Shown here: piece after piece, positions 11,399 through 22,349 of the stretch
Position numbering within the stretch: position 1 is the first letter of the stretch
How the letters are laid out: every line of letters starts with the position of its first letter
Origin: Marsupella aquatica
Taxonomy: Eukaryota > Plantae > Marchantiophyta
Reading direction: 5' to 3'
Assembly: GCA_973895155.1 (NCBI GenBank)
Contig: OZ316898.1
Span: 15,158,330-15,222,329, forward strand
DNA: 64,000 nucleotides
The notes under the pieces: generated by a model
Database searches by the model: none
What the model was told of the DNA's origin: nothing
What the model saw: the letters and a program-made list of their open reading frames with translations, nothing else
Translations under genes and position numbers: made by a program

Positions 11399-14300
11399 TA
11401 CCCGCTCACATATTCCAGCTGCGAGAGCATCTGTTCGCATCGAATTATCAAGTGAGCCAGCAAGTACATCCCAACCTCGTGCCAAACGAGGCAGACCTTT
11501 GGGATCAAAAGATAAACAACCGAGAAGGCGTGGTTCATCTACACCACCTTCATCTGATGTCGACCATACCGAATCTACATCCCATGAAGAGATCTCTATC
11601 CACTACGCACACACAGGTGCGATGTGGGATAGAAATACTACTTCTATAGATGATGCTTTTGCATTAATGGTGGCAACACATATCACTGACGATACACCAG
11701 AACCAATATCCATCTTAGAATGCCAAAACAGACCAGATTGGCCTGAATGGCAAAAAGCTATCAATGGAGAATTAGATTCCCTACTAAGCAGACACACTTT
11801 TGGCCCAGTCGAGCCAACATCGCAAGACGTACACCTCATTGGCTACAAGTGGACATTCGTCCGCAAAAGAAATGATAAAGGCCAAGTTGTACGTTACAAA
11901 GCACGTCTGGTAGGGAAAGGATTTACCCAACAACCGGGAATTCATTACGATGAAACTTACTCCGGTTATGGATAGCACAACATTCCGATACCTTATCGGA
12001 TTTGCCATTTTCCACCAACTACAGATGCGACAACTAGATGTTGCAACTGCATATTTATATGGTACTTTAGACACTTGTCTATACATGCGATCACCTCCTG
12101 AGTTGGAGCAATGACGCCGAGCTTTAGCTCAAGGCGCTAAATCGCATATCCCATATTTACATAAGATCATAACACAATTATCTCAAGTTACACCTCATGT
12201 GTCATCTACACATGTAACTCATAATAACGACACCGTTGTGTCAACCGTACGGAATACTCGTCGCGGACTAGCTATCCACGTGTTGAAGGCATTATATGGC
12301 CTGAAATAAAGTGGCAGAGTATGGTATCAAAGATTTACTGATAAAATGATTGCCATGGGTTTTTCCCATGATGCCATCACACCATGTTTATTTATTAAAC
12401 ATGTGGATGATGAATATGTCATCGTTTCTATTTATGTTGATGACTTAAATATATTTGGGACACCCCAACTTACAAAAGATACTATTACGAGTCTTAAATC
12501 CACATTTGAGATGAAAGACCTTGGACATACAAACTTTTGCTTAGGCTTACAACTAGAGATCCTACCCACTGGCATGATGCTCCATCAAACAACACAAACT
12601 GAAAAGATCCTAAAACAGTTCAATATGAACCTAGCACACCCATTGACGTCACCAATGGTAGTACGTTCATTAGAAAACAATACTGACGTTTTTCGTAGTG
12701 CTTACCAATATTAGGACCAGAAACTCCTTATCTTTCTGCGATAGGAGCATTAATGTACCTAGCAAATCAGACCAGACCAGACATTGCATTTGCAGTTAAC
12801 TTACTAGCCAGACATAGTGCAACTCCCACAGCCAGACACTGGAATAGAGTTAAGCACATATTTAGATATCTACGTGGAACCACCGTACCGATACCGGGTT
12901 ATTTTACCCATTCGGTGCAAACCACGAGCTCATAGGATACGCGGATGCCGGATATCTCTCCGACATTGATACCGCAAAATCCCAAACTGGATACGTTTTT
13001 ACCATAGGGGGTACCGCTTTTTCTTGGAAAAGCGTCAAACAGACCCTAACAGCAACCTCATCGAATCACTCAGAAATCTTAGCTCTACATGAGGCTAGTC
13101 GTGAAGCCGTTTGGTTACGATCCTTTATAAACCACATCAACACCAAATGCGGCCTACCACCACTAACAAAGCCTACTAACATTTTTGAGGATAACGCAAC
13201 ATGTATACAGCAGATCACAAAAGGATTCATCAAAGGCGATCGGGTGAAGCATATAGCTCCGAAGTTTTTCTACACCCACGAATTACATGGAAAAGAGATC
13301 AACATTTTACAGATTTCAAGTACAGACAACTGTGCGGATCTCTTCACCAAATCATTATCGCCATCAGTTCATCACCGACACTGTCAGGCGATTGGACTAC
13401 GGAGCGTGCGACGCATGATGACCGTGGAGGCTGCTGCTCCACATGATACTTGATGATACTGACGACATGATGCTGATGATATGCTGTTGACGATCCACTG
13501 ACGAGACAAATGTTAAAGCTAGATCTACTATAGTATCTAACTTTATTTTATATCGACATTTATTATGACGAGGACTATTAGGCTGCACTCTTTTTCCTTT
13601 AGCACTCATATTTTTCTCTGCTACATTGGTAGAGTTTTTACTAAGCTAGAGTTGATAAAGGTTTTTTAACGAGACAGTCTACCTCGCTTATACTTATATC
13701 ATGTATTTCCTATGAACATGATATAATAGGTATAGTCTATGTTGTCTATATAGTTATCACTATATATCCAAAGGGGAGTGTTAGACTCTACCTCTAGCCG
13801 GATGACCGGACCAGCCGATCACCAGACATGACTATGTACCACCACTCATGGCTATTCAGATATTCATTCTCATTCCATCATCACAATTATATAGTACATT
13901 TGATCTGATTACTTGGATCATAGTGTACCAAAAAATAGACAAAGTATTGTGGAAGCCTTTTTTTGAAATTTAGTCCACTTGAACCACTTGAACCCCACTG
14001 ATGGGGGAACGATCAGGCCAATGCAAGCGAAAAAGCACCCAGTCAGATGAGACATGCCAAAGCAGCCCAAATAGAAAACAAAAAAGGGAGGCCAGGGAAA
14101 CCCACACACACCGAGCCAGTAATCCAGTATGGTAGCCTTCGAAAAGAACTTATATATAGTGCATTTAACTAATTGGTTTGGAACTGCGTGTACGGAGAAC
14201 ATAAGCTAGTTTTTTGCGAGTCTACCCAAAAAGTAGGCAGTAATTGGTTTTGCAACATCGTGGAACGTCCGGCCGAATTGGTTGGAACGTCGTGGAACAT

Positions 14301-14599
14301 CCAGCGGAAAAACCATCTCTCTGCTACGATGGTACAGTGGCCACTGCTGGTGGTGGCAGACCATGGTTGAGAAGAGGAGGAGGGCGAGACGGCGATTTTC
14401 ACAAGAAGCGCTGGTGGATGAGAAAGGACGAACGAGAAGAGCCTATCTGGAATTGGCGGTGCCATTATAATGTTCCGTTTGCTGATGCCATGTTGCGAAT
14501 TCTTCAGGAGGACTAGTGAGTGAAAGAAAAGGCGCTGCCAGATCTAGATCGTTGACGAGGAAAGGAGATTGGAGGGGCTGGCCGATAGCGCTAGTCAAT

Positions 14600-15270
14600 T
14601 TCTGCACTCCTGCGGACGATTTGTGTTCTGGACTGGTAATTGAAGTCCAATTCGGCTTGGCGAGATCTGTTTCTGTTGGTACTGTAGATTGTGGACGAAG
14701 TGAGGAGAAGGCAGGCCCATGGCACGAACGATGTTGGAAGCGCAACGCGATGGGAGAGTGTGGACTTTGTTGTTTGAGAACGACTTGTGCGACAGGCTGC
14801 GAGTGGGAGGATTTTTTGCGGGCCATGATTCTAAGGAGGATCTGAAGAAGGAGCTGCGCAGACAGTTTTGGGAGCAGGAGCAAAGAGAGGATGGCGAGAA
14901 TCTAGGTCACTATCTCCATCCTCAGACTGGTGCCTCGCCTCCGCCCTTGGCTTCTGCCAGCTCTGAGACCAACAGGAGCGGGGTGAAGGATGTGAAGGCC
15001 GGCAGGAGGAGGAAAGCTTCTCGTGATGTGACATCTCTGGAAGACGGGCCAGGTGATCAGCATGCCCTGGACGTGTCATCACTTCCGGTGTCATACTCAA
15101 CTCGGTCAGCTGAGAGGAAGTCGAAATTGGAGGCTGCCGAGAAACGGAAATTGGCGGCATTGGAGAAACGGAGGATCTTTGCTGCTAAGAAGAAACAGAA
15201 ATTGGCCAATGATCAACTGTGTGCGCTAGGCATTCGGAGGGCGGTCACAAGATCCAGTAGTAATCTATAG
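14600..15270 (+). pseudogene. Gene fragment paralogous to the N-terminal region of the EDM2-like gene
   Basis: WTLLFENDLCDRLRVGGFFAGHDSK aligns with WTLVFKHGGYQKRLRIKGVFAGHDTK in the 22350 ORF. In-frame TGA at 14701. Confidence 0.55.
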
Positions 15271-17293
15271 TTGCTACGAGTTTCTCTCTGTAAATAGCTT
15301 GTGAGAAATCCCGATAAGATATCTGCAATTAGCGATATCGATTTTGAGACGGCATTATGGTTCAGTGTTTAGAAGATATGGTTGTCGATTCAATTGTTGT
15401 ATGCCGCTGATGGCTGCAGTATGTGAAGCTTCTTTGTGTGACATTATCATACTTAATGTTGCTGAGGTCGGCACTTTCCAATGATAGTTCACTGTCCACC
15501 GTGGCTCTGCTGCTTCTGCTTCTGAAGCATGGGGTTTCGCATGAATACTGAGAGAGCTATGATGTGTAGAGGTAAAAGTTATGCTTGATGCGTGCCTTTG
15601 TAGTCACCCAAAGTCGTCTATAAGGGAATTAGTTCGGTAACGTCTCAAAGTGACACGCTGTGACGCCAGCACAGGTAGTCGCAGAGGAAAAACAAAGTCT
15701 CAGGTTTGATTAGAGCGACACCATGCAATTGTGATGAAAAATCCTTTCAATGTCCAGGGTCTAATGCTCCCACTGGCAGCAGTACCTCCAACTTCAGTTC
15801 CACGATGGCCGTAGGAAAGCCCTCGAAGATGCTTGGCTGGATTATAGACACAGTCGCGCATACAATAAATGTGGGCTAGTCGTCAGCACGTCTAACTTGC
15901 ATGCTCCGTCGTCTGGTTTCTTGAAGAGTTAAGCTCATAGCAATGTTTACTCTCTCATCGCCGTGCGGTCTTTCCGACGAGTGGCTGTCCCTGAAATTCC
16001 CCCATCTCATCCACTATTGTCTCAAGTTCACAGGTTCCGTGCATCGATCTCCACGCCTTCCTCAGCCGCTATGCAGGCAAAACAATCAAACGCAACCAAC
16101 TCCAAAACGTTTGTAGGGCCTCTCTTGCACGGTTTAATTCCATCCCAGTCACACAGTAACTTCACAGAATAGATCATGGGCAATTTTTTTGAGTAACAGT
16201 CAGTATGGCTACTGTACAGTACTCGCCTTTCCAATTTTAACCCTTCTCGTGCTGGTGTTCTTTCGCTTTTTGCGTAAAGTATGAGCCACACTGCTGTAGT
16301 GCTGTATGCTGAGTCTTGGAATGAAATCGTAAATGGAATTTGATGGAATGTTTCAAGAGAAAAAAAACCCGTTTAGTACGAAGACAGCCAAGACATAGGC
16401 GGGGCATCATTCTTCCTCGTCCCTAATCATCCAAGCCAGGGCATTGTTCAGGTGCTATTACTATTCCAGTAATACATCTCAAGAACCGCAGCCCAACAAT
16501 TGACCAGAAAATCAGAACGAGAGGTGTAGAGCATTTCTTCGTTCCGGTCTTCGTTTGGTCAAATCCGACATGCTATTATTCTGTAAGCAGGCTCTTTTTC
16601 AGCGTTGTGGTCTCCGTTCCCGCCAAAGAAATGATTACAGTTGGACAACTGTGTAGATTTCTAATGGTGGATAACATTTCGTCTGCCTTTCTCATCAATG
16701 TCTCTTGCACACTTCGGTACCACACCAGCTTATTTTTTAAGGTTCCCTCCTCTTAGGGAGTAGAGTCTAGGAATCTTCTCTACCAGATTTGCCTGAATTC
16801 AATAAATGACCCTAACATATCCCTAGATTTAAGGAGTACCAAGGGATGTTTGCAAGGACTGCTACCACGAATAATCTACATTGAAAGGACTGCTACCACG
16901 AATAATCTCATTCTAGCAAATGGGGTCATGATTTGGTGAAAAAGTGGCAAATGGTGTTAAGAAAATCTAGCCAATATTAGCCAAAAGTGTCAAACATTTT
17001 TGGGGAGAACATTTTTGGGGAGATGGAATTTGCCGACAAGTTGCACTTCAAAAATACACACTATACAAGGAGCATTACCTCATCCCATGATGGTAATATT
17101 TATCTTTTGTTTGGTTTGTTCTAGAGTCTTGGGGGTTTCATTGGTTCTCTTATTCTAACTCATCACTCGATCCCACATGCGCACTTAGTCACCGCACTAA
17201 AGATGTATCATAAGCTCATCAGAATATTGTAATCTTTAACGCTTACTTTTTCCTCTTTCTAGGATCTAGGGTTTACATTTTCCCCATCACACT

Positions 17294-20200
17294 ATAGTAA
17301 GAATAAGGCCCCAGGCATCGATGGTCTTACTATTGAAGTGTTTTTAAGCTGTTGGAAATCTATTGCTCCGGCCTTTCTAGCGATGATAGTCTCCTTTTGG
17401 CACGATGGAATTCTGCTCCCCGGGTTCCTTGATGGAGTAATCAAGCTTGTGCCTAAATCGATAGACAAATCTAGGATTTCTAATTGGCGACCTATCACCT
17501 TGTTAAACATAGCTTATAAAATAATCTCCAAGCTAATTGCAATCAGAATAAGTAGGGTGCTGCCACATATGGTAAACAAACAGCAAACCGGATTCGTTCC
17601 CGGTAGGCAGCTTCTTGATAACATATCCTTAGCATGGCTAGCTTGTGATTGGCTAACCACTAACAATGTTCCGGCCCTTTTTCTTAAGATGGACTTCGCC
17701 AAAGCCTTCGACCGAGTGGATCACAGGTACATACGTGAAACATTACTTTCATTGGGATTAAGTGTCATGCTCACTCGTAATATAATGGGCCTTATGACTG
17801 ATGCATCTGCAAAGGTCCATGTGAATGAACAATTCACTGAACCCATTCCTCTTCTTCGGGGAGTTTGTCAGGGGTGCCCATTGGCCCCGTTGATCTATGC
17901 ACTAACCACTCAGCCTCTTATGAATTATTTTGATGAAGCACTGTTGACTGGCCCGTTGACTGGAAAGGCACATGGAATAAAAATAAATGACAAACTTACT
18001 CTTTTTCACATATTTTTTGCTGACGACCTCGGGGTATTCACTCATGCCAATGAATCATGTTTCCAAGAAATAAGACAAATAATGGAATTATACGAGCTAG
18101 CTGCAGGAGCGCGCCTCAACCTAGAAAAGACGGATGTGATCATTTATTGTCTAGATGCTCCTCCGCAGTGGCTGGTCGACTCTAATTGTATCATTATTTC
18201 TAGGGGTCAATTGTCTTCTTATCTTGGTGCACCGATAGGGCAGTCGCTAACGAGATTGCAGCTCCAAGAATATTGCATGGAAAAACTGCTTAAGAGATTA
18301 GCCAGTTGGTCAAACAAAAGCTTCTCTTTTACCGGTCGCGTAATTCTTATTAAACAGGTACTGCTATCAATGACAGTCTATCATATGATGTATTCTCAGT
18401 TTGCCGGTAGTTTTATAGATTTGATTAGGCAGACCTGTAAGGACTTCCTATGGGGGTTTAACAAAGAAGGAGGACGGAAAACTCCCCTTGTCTCTTGGGA
18501 TCGTTTGTGCAGACAAAAGAAGGACAAAGGGATTGGTTTTAAGGACATACAGACACAGGCATCGGCGTTGCTAGCCCGTTGGTCCATTCGTATGATCTCA
18601 GACCCGGAGTCGGATTGGGCTATTCTCTTCTCAGCCAATCTTCGGTTGGCTGCCTGGAAAAATTCCATTATGCTTAGGCAATCAAATTACTCAACTATGG
18701 ACCGCTTCCTGTTCTCTTCTCCATCTAGCTTTAGGGGAATGTCTTACACGGAGGGAATCTGGAAAGCATGGGCTAAGATCCGGAGCAACATGCTATGGTC
18801 ATCGGGCTCTCTCGCTATCCCAGCTAGATGGCGAATCGATGATCTTCTTATCAAATCCTTTCGCTCTCTATGTCTCCCTATTTCAGCTATACCAAGGATC
18901 ATCAGAGCATATTCACGTATAAATATTAGAGCCATCTTGGATTTGTGGAATTGGCAATCTTCTGAATGGATTGACTTCTCGTCCCGTATCTCTAGGTTGA
19001 GAGGGTATAGTGATTCCGAATTGGCTGTCTTTTCCAGAATTATTTTTCTTCTCCAGTCAGGTCCGCCACCTTCTCGATCTTTATCCTTCGTTCAATCTCA
19101 ATGGTTCTGGCAAGGTCAACAGAATCACCCATCCCCTCGTATTATGAGTAGCTCATACACGTACAAATTATTGGACAGGTCTGAAGGTGACTTCTGTGCA
19201 TTAAATACCAGATGGGGCACATCTGACTCTGGCGCCATCTGGCAGCATCAATGGAGGAGACTTTGGAGTTCTGATCTTTCGAATCGTGGAAAGATATTCT
19301 TATGGAGAGTCCTGGCAGCTGGACTATTCTTTGGCAGCTGGACTATTCTTGGACATGGAGATGGCAGGTGCCCAGCTTGCCGACAAGGAGTTGAAGATAA
19401 TCAACACATCTTTTTCTCTTGTCTGCAAGCAATTATTGCCTGGAACAGAACCATATGGTTCTTTGAGAGAATACCAGCTCTCTCTCATCTTTCGGGGGGC
19501 CATTCCTTCCCTAGTACCTTGGATCTGGCCCTTGGGCGTTCTCCAAGGCACACTGCTCGGATCTATGTAATTTATGAAACAGTGTGGCTTCTCTGGAAAA
19601 ATTGTAACCTTCGTTTGTTCCAAAACATATTTGTTGTGTATTCCCCTTTTGCTGCCGCTTCTGCCGTTGTTCAGCACCTCCACGCGGTGGCTTATTGCTC
19701 AGACACTGAGAAACAAAAAAAGCATTTGCACTCCGCAGAAAAATTCATCTCAGGCCCTCTTGCTCATCATTCTCATCGTTGATACTCTTTTGTTTATCCC
19801 AAGTATTTTTTATCATTGTTCTTAGTACCAATCGTCTATTTATAATATTCCCATACAACTTTCTTCGTACTCTTCCCCGCTGTTTGTTTGAGGTTACTAT
19901 AGGTATCCTTCCTTTCTTTCATCTGTTCCTCGATGATGGTTCCTGATCGTCCCTATTAATAATTTCCTTGTCTACCCTTGTTCATTCCCATAGCCGAATA
20001 GTCCCTGCTTCTGTCACTCAAGTAGTGATGTGTTTGTCTATGGTGTCACGTTTTGCAGCCATCTGTCGGCTGCTTCTTTTGGGTGTTGAACCCCACTATT
20101 CAGGTGGTTGTGTGGTTCTCCGATGCCCTCTCTTGCAGATTTCCACCTTGCCCTTTTCCCTGGACTCATTGATGGCGCTTGTCAACCAGTATCGGCTTCC

Positions 20201-21434
20201 TTTTTCTTTCTTCTGAAAGAAACCCAAAAAAACAAAAAACAAAAAAGTTTATAAAAAAAAAGTTAAAGTTATTTGCAGTGATAGATGTATTTTCTTTTCC
20301 TCTGAAGCATAATCTCTCTTGGATTGACTTTAATTTGAATCTTCTCTCGTAGCATGCATTATTAGAAATTCTTCTATTCACTTATTCTCTATCCAGCTAT
20401 GATTCAGATATAATGTCTGATCTGTAGGCAGGAATAAGATGATCATCTGGATAATTATAGGAATCCTTTGACTATAGATATCACACAATGTAGTCAGTGG
20501 CAATCTGAGTTAATATTCTAGTGTGGGCTTTTCGCAGTTTTCATCGCAGGGATTCTGGCTAAGACAATCAATACGGTCGACTCTCTCTGAGCTATTCATC
20601 CTCCTTTGAGCAGGCTACTTTGTATGCTGGAGAACAATTTGGATTATTGGGATAATTGGATTGGTCGGTTGCTCCATGGCAGTAAGATATTCTGTCCCAA
20701 TGAGTAGTTTCGACAATCAGGAATCTCTTCTGGCTCAGAGTAAGGTTATTCTGTCCTCTGCGGAGTATCTTTTGCTACCCACATGTTATTGGGGTGCCTT
20801 GGCTGGCAGGCGCAGAGTATTGCATCCACAGGGGAATCGCAAACCATTTGTCTTCTGGGACACCGAAGTATTCGGGGAATGCCTTAAGGCGAGTATGGGA
20901 AGGGAGGAAGTAAACATCGAATGATGGCAACTATTCGGCACAACCCCTCGGTCAGTTGGTTTCTCAGATCAATGTTTGCGGTTCGTCCCGGTTGGCGGAC
21001 CATATGGGACTGTCCTCGGCTCGCTTGACCAGTGTTCCTGGTATCATGGTCCCGGGGTTCTCTCATTGACGACAGGAGGGTTTATTTGGGTGGTCTGCCA
21101 AGGGAGGATGGAACTTGGTTGGTGATCAGTTGGATGTCTGGCTGGGTTCCATGCTATTAGTTTGCTGCTTCAGGTTCATTCTGGTTCTATGTTAGTTATA
21201 GGTACTCTCAGCCATGATCTGGCTTTGTTTGGCCCCCTCCTGCCATCTTTGACTAGCCCCTCTCTCCGGCAGTCTGGTAGGGAGGGTCCTCCTTTTTCTC
21301 TGGGTGTGCTTCTTCTCATTGGCCCCCATTAATTGGTCTTTTTCCTTGCCTCCTCCTATCAGGCAGATGTTTTCTTTTGTCCGGGTCTCCCGGTGGAATA
21401 AAGTTGTGGGGGATCTCCCCTTAAAAATAATAAA
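17294..21434 (+). mobile_element. 5'-truncated L1-type LINE with a long 3' region (3' end tentative)
   Basis: RT motifs NKAPGIDG, WRPITLLN, QQTGFVPGR, MDFAKAFDRV, GVCQGCPLAP and FADDL; C-terminal CPAC..EDNQHIFFSC. AATAAA near 21397 precedes an A-rich tail at 21423; an alternative A-rich end lies at ~20215-20260. Confidence 0.8.
17338..19782 (+). CDS. LINE ORF2 remnant (RT plus zinc-binding domain, no endonuclease)
   Basis: 814-aa open frame containing all non-LTR RT motifs. Confidence 0.9.
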   Translation: MFLSCWKSIAPAFLAMIVSFWHDGILLPGFLDGVIKLVPKSIDKSRISNWRPITLLNIAYKIISKLIAIRISRVLPHMVNKQQTGFVPGRQLLDNISLAWLACDWLTTNNVPALFLKMDFAKAFDRVDHRYIRETLLSLGLSVMLTRNIMGLMTDASAKVHVNEQFTEPIPLLRGVCQGCPLAPLIYALTTQPLMNYFDEALLTGPLTGKAHGIKINDKLTLFHIFFADDLGVFTHANESCFQEIRQIMELYELAAGARLNLEKTDVIIYCLDAPPQWLVDSNCIIISRGQLSSYLGAPIGQSLTRLQLQEYCMEKLLKRLASWSNKSFSFTGRVILIKQVLLSMTVYHMMYSQFAGSFIDLIRQTCKDFLWGFNKEGGRKTPLVSWDRLCRQKKDKGIGFKDIQTQASALLARWSIRMISDPESDWAILFSANLRLAAWKNSIMLRQSNYSTMDRFLFSSPSSFRGMSYTEGIWKAWAKIRSNMLWSSGSLAIPARWRIDDLLIKSFRSLCLPISAIPRIIRAYSRINIRAILDLWNWQSSEWIDFSSRISRLRGYSDSELAVFSRIIFLLQSGPPPSRSLSFVQSQWFWQGQQNHPSPRIMSSSYTYKLLDRSEGDFCALNTRWGTSDSGAIWQHQWRRLWSSDLSNRGKIFLWRVLAAGLFFGSWTILGHGDGRCPACRQGVEDNQHIFFSCLQAIIAWNRTIWFFERIPALSHLSGGHSFPSTLDLALGRSPRHTARIYVIYETVWLLWKNCNLRLFQNIFVVYSPFAAASAVVQHLHAVAYCSDTEKQKKHLHSAEKFISGPLAHHSHR

Positions 21435-21444
21435 TATATATATA

Positions 21445-21960
21445 TATATAGGAAAATTAGATAAGTAATATTCCTAGTATTTTTCCGTGTGTGTCACGAG
21501 GTGACATTTCTACCATGGCTCCAAAGGGAAAACCTCCCATCTAGTCAAAGACCCCATTAGCCAGAATCTGAAAGTCATTTCTAAATATGGGAAAATCTGA
21601 TGGTCAGGAAATAATAAAGAACATTAGATAATAAAGATTCCTAGCATCTTCTCCTGAGCACAAGCTAACATTCTCAACCCTGAATAAAATGAAAAATCTG
21701 TCACTTTGGCACAGACGCTATTAGCCACAATTTGGGGGGATCTGACATTTAAACATTAATAGAGGAAAAATAGATCAAGGAGTTTCCTAGCGTAATGATA
21801 CAAGCTGACATTCTCCACCCAGGAGAAAAACGAAAAACTTACAATCTAGACCACATTAACCAGAATCTGACCGTCATCCTTAAATGTAGAGAGATCTGAC
21901 GGTCCGGAAGTAATGTAGGAAAATTAGATGAGTAAGATTCCACGCATTCGCACCAGGTGA
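21445..21960. repeat. 3-4 diverged ~155-bp tandem units upstream of the EDM2-like gene
   Basis: aggaaaattagat..ttcc(t)a near 21450, 21617, 21762 and 21917; catta(g/a)ccagaatctga near 21555 and 21853. Confidence 0.55.
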
Positions 21961-22349
21961 CAGTCTCGACCCCGGCGGAAAGGAGAAACCTTCGTTACCC
22001 TGTCTCAAACCAAATGCTGTGTCTGTCCATTTCGCCCCCATCCTTCGCACAAGTTCTGTACAGTAGAGATTTGAGGTTCACTTTTGCCGTTCTGCGATGA
22101 GTGTTCGTACCCAATTCATCGGAGTGAAGGCGAATGCGACGCTGACTATTAAAAGCGCTGGAGAACCGGAGACGGCGACGACTGGCGAATCGCGAGATGG
22201 CATGTACGAACGGAAGGGAGTGCGGAATTGCGGAGCATTGTCTGAACAGTGATGGGTGTTCTCCAGCTTTTTGTTGCAGGATCAGGTTTAGTCGCTCGTT
22301 AATTTTCTTATGGTTAATTTCTACATTGCATTGATTTGCTCTGGCAAGA

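Larger units (their letters stand above)
7414..13900 (+). mobile_element. Degenerate Ty1/Copia LTR retrotransposon (Bianca-like), 5' truncated and interrupted by a solo LTR
   Basis: Gag RQDWLNLRVQDF..YNSELF, CCHC knuckle, protease IIDSATTH, GAG-pre-integrase WHARLGHP, integrase HADVCGP/DNAGEF/NGLAE, RT YKARLV and YVDDL, RNase H with IFEDN and KHIAPKFFYTHE. PPT aaggggag at 13771-13778, then TGTTAG at 13779. Stops at 9366, 12111 and 12307 plus frameshifts. 5' LTR not found; 3' LTR end approximate. Confidence 0.9.
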
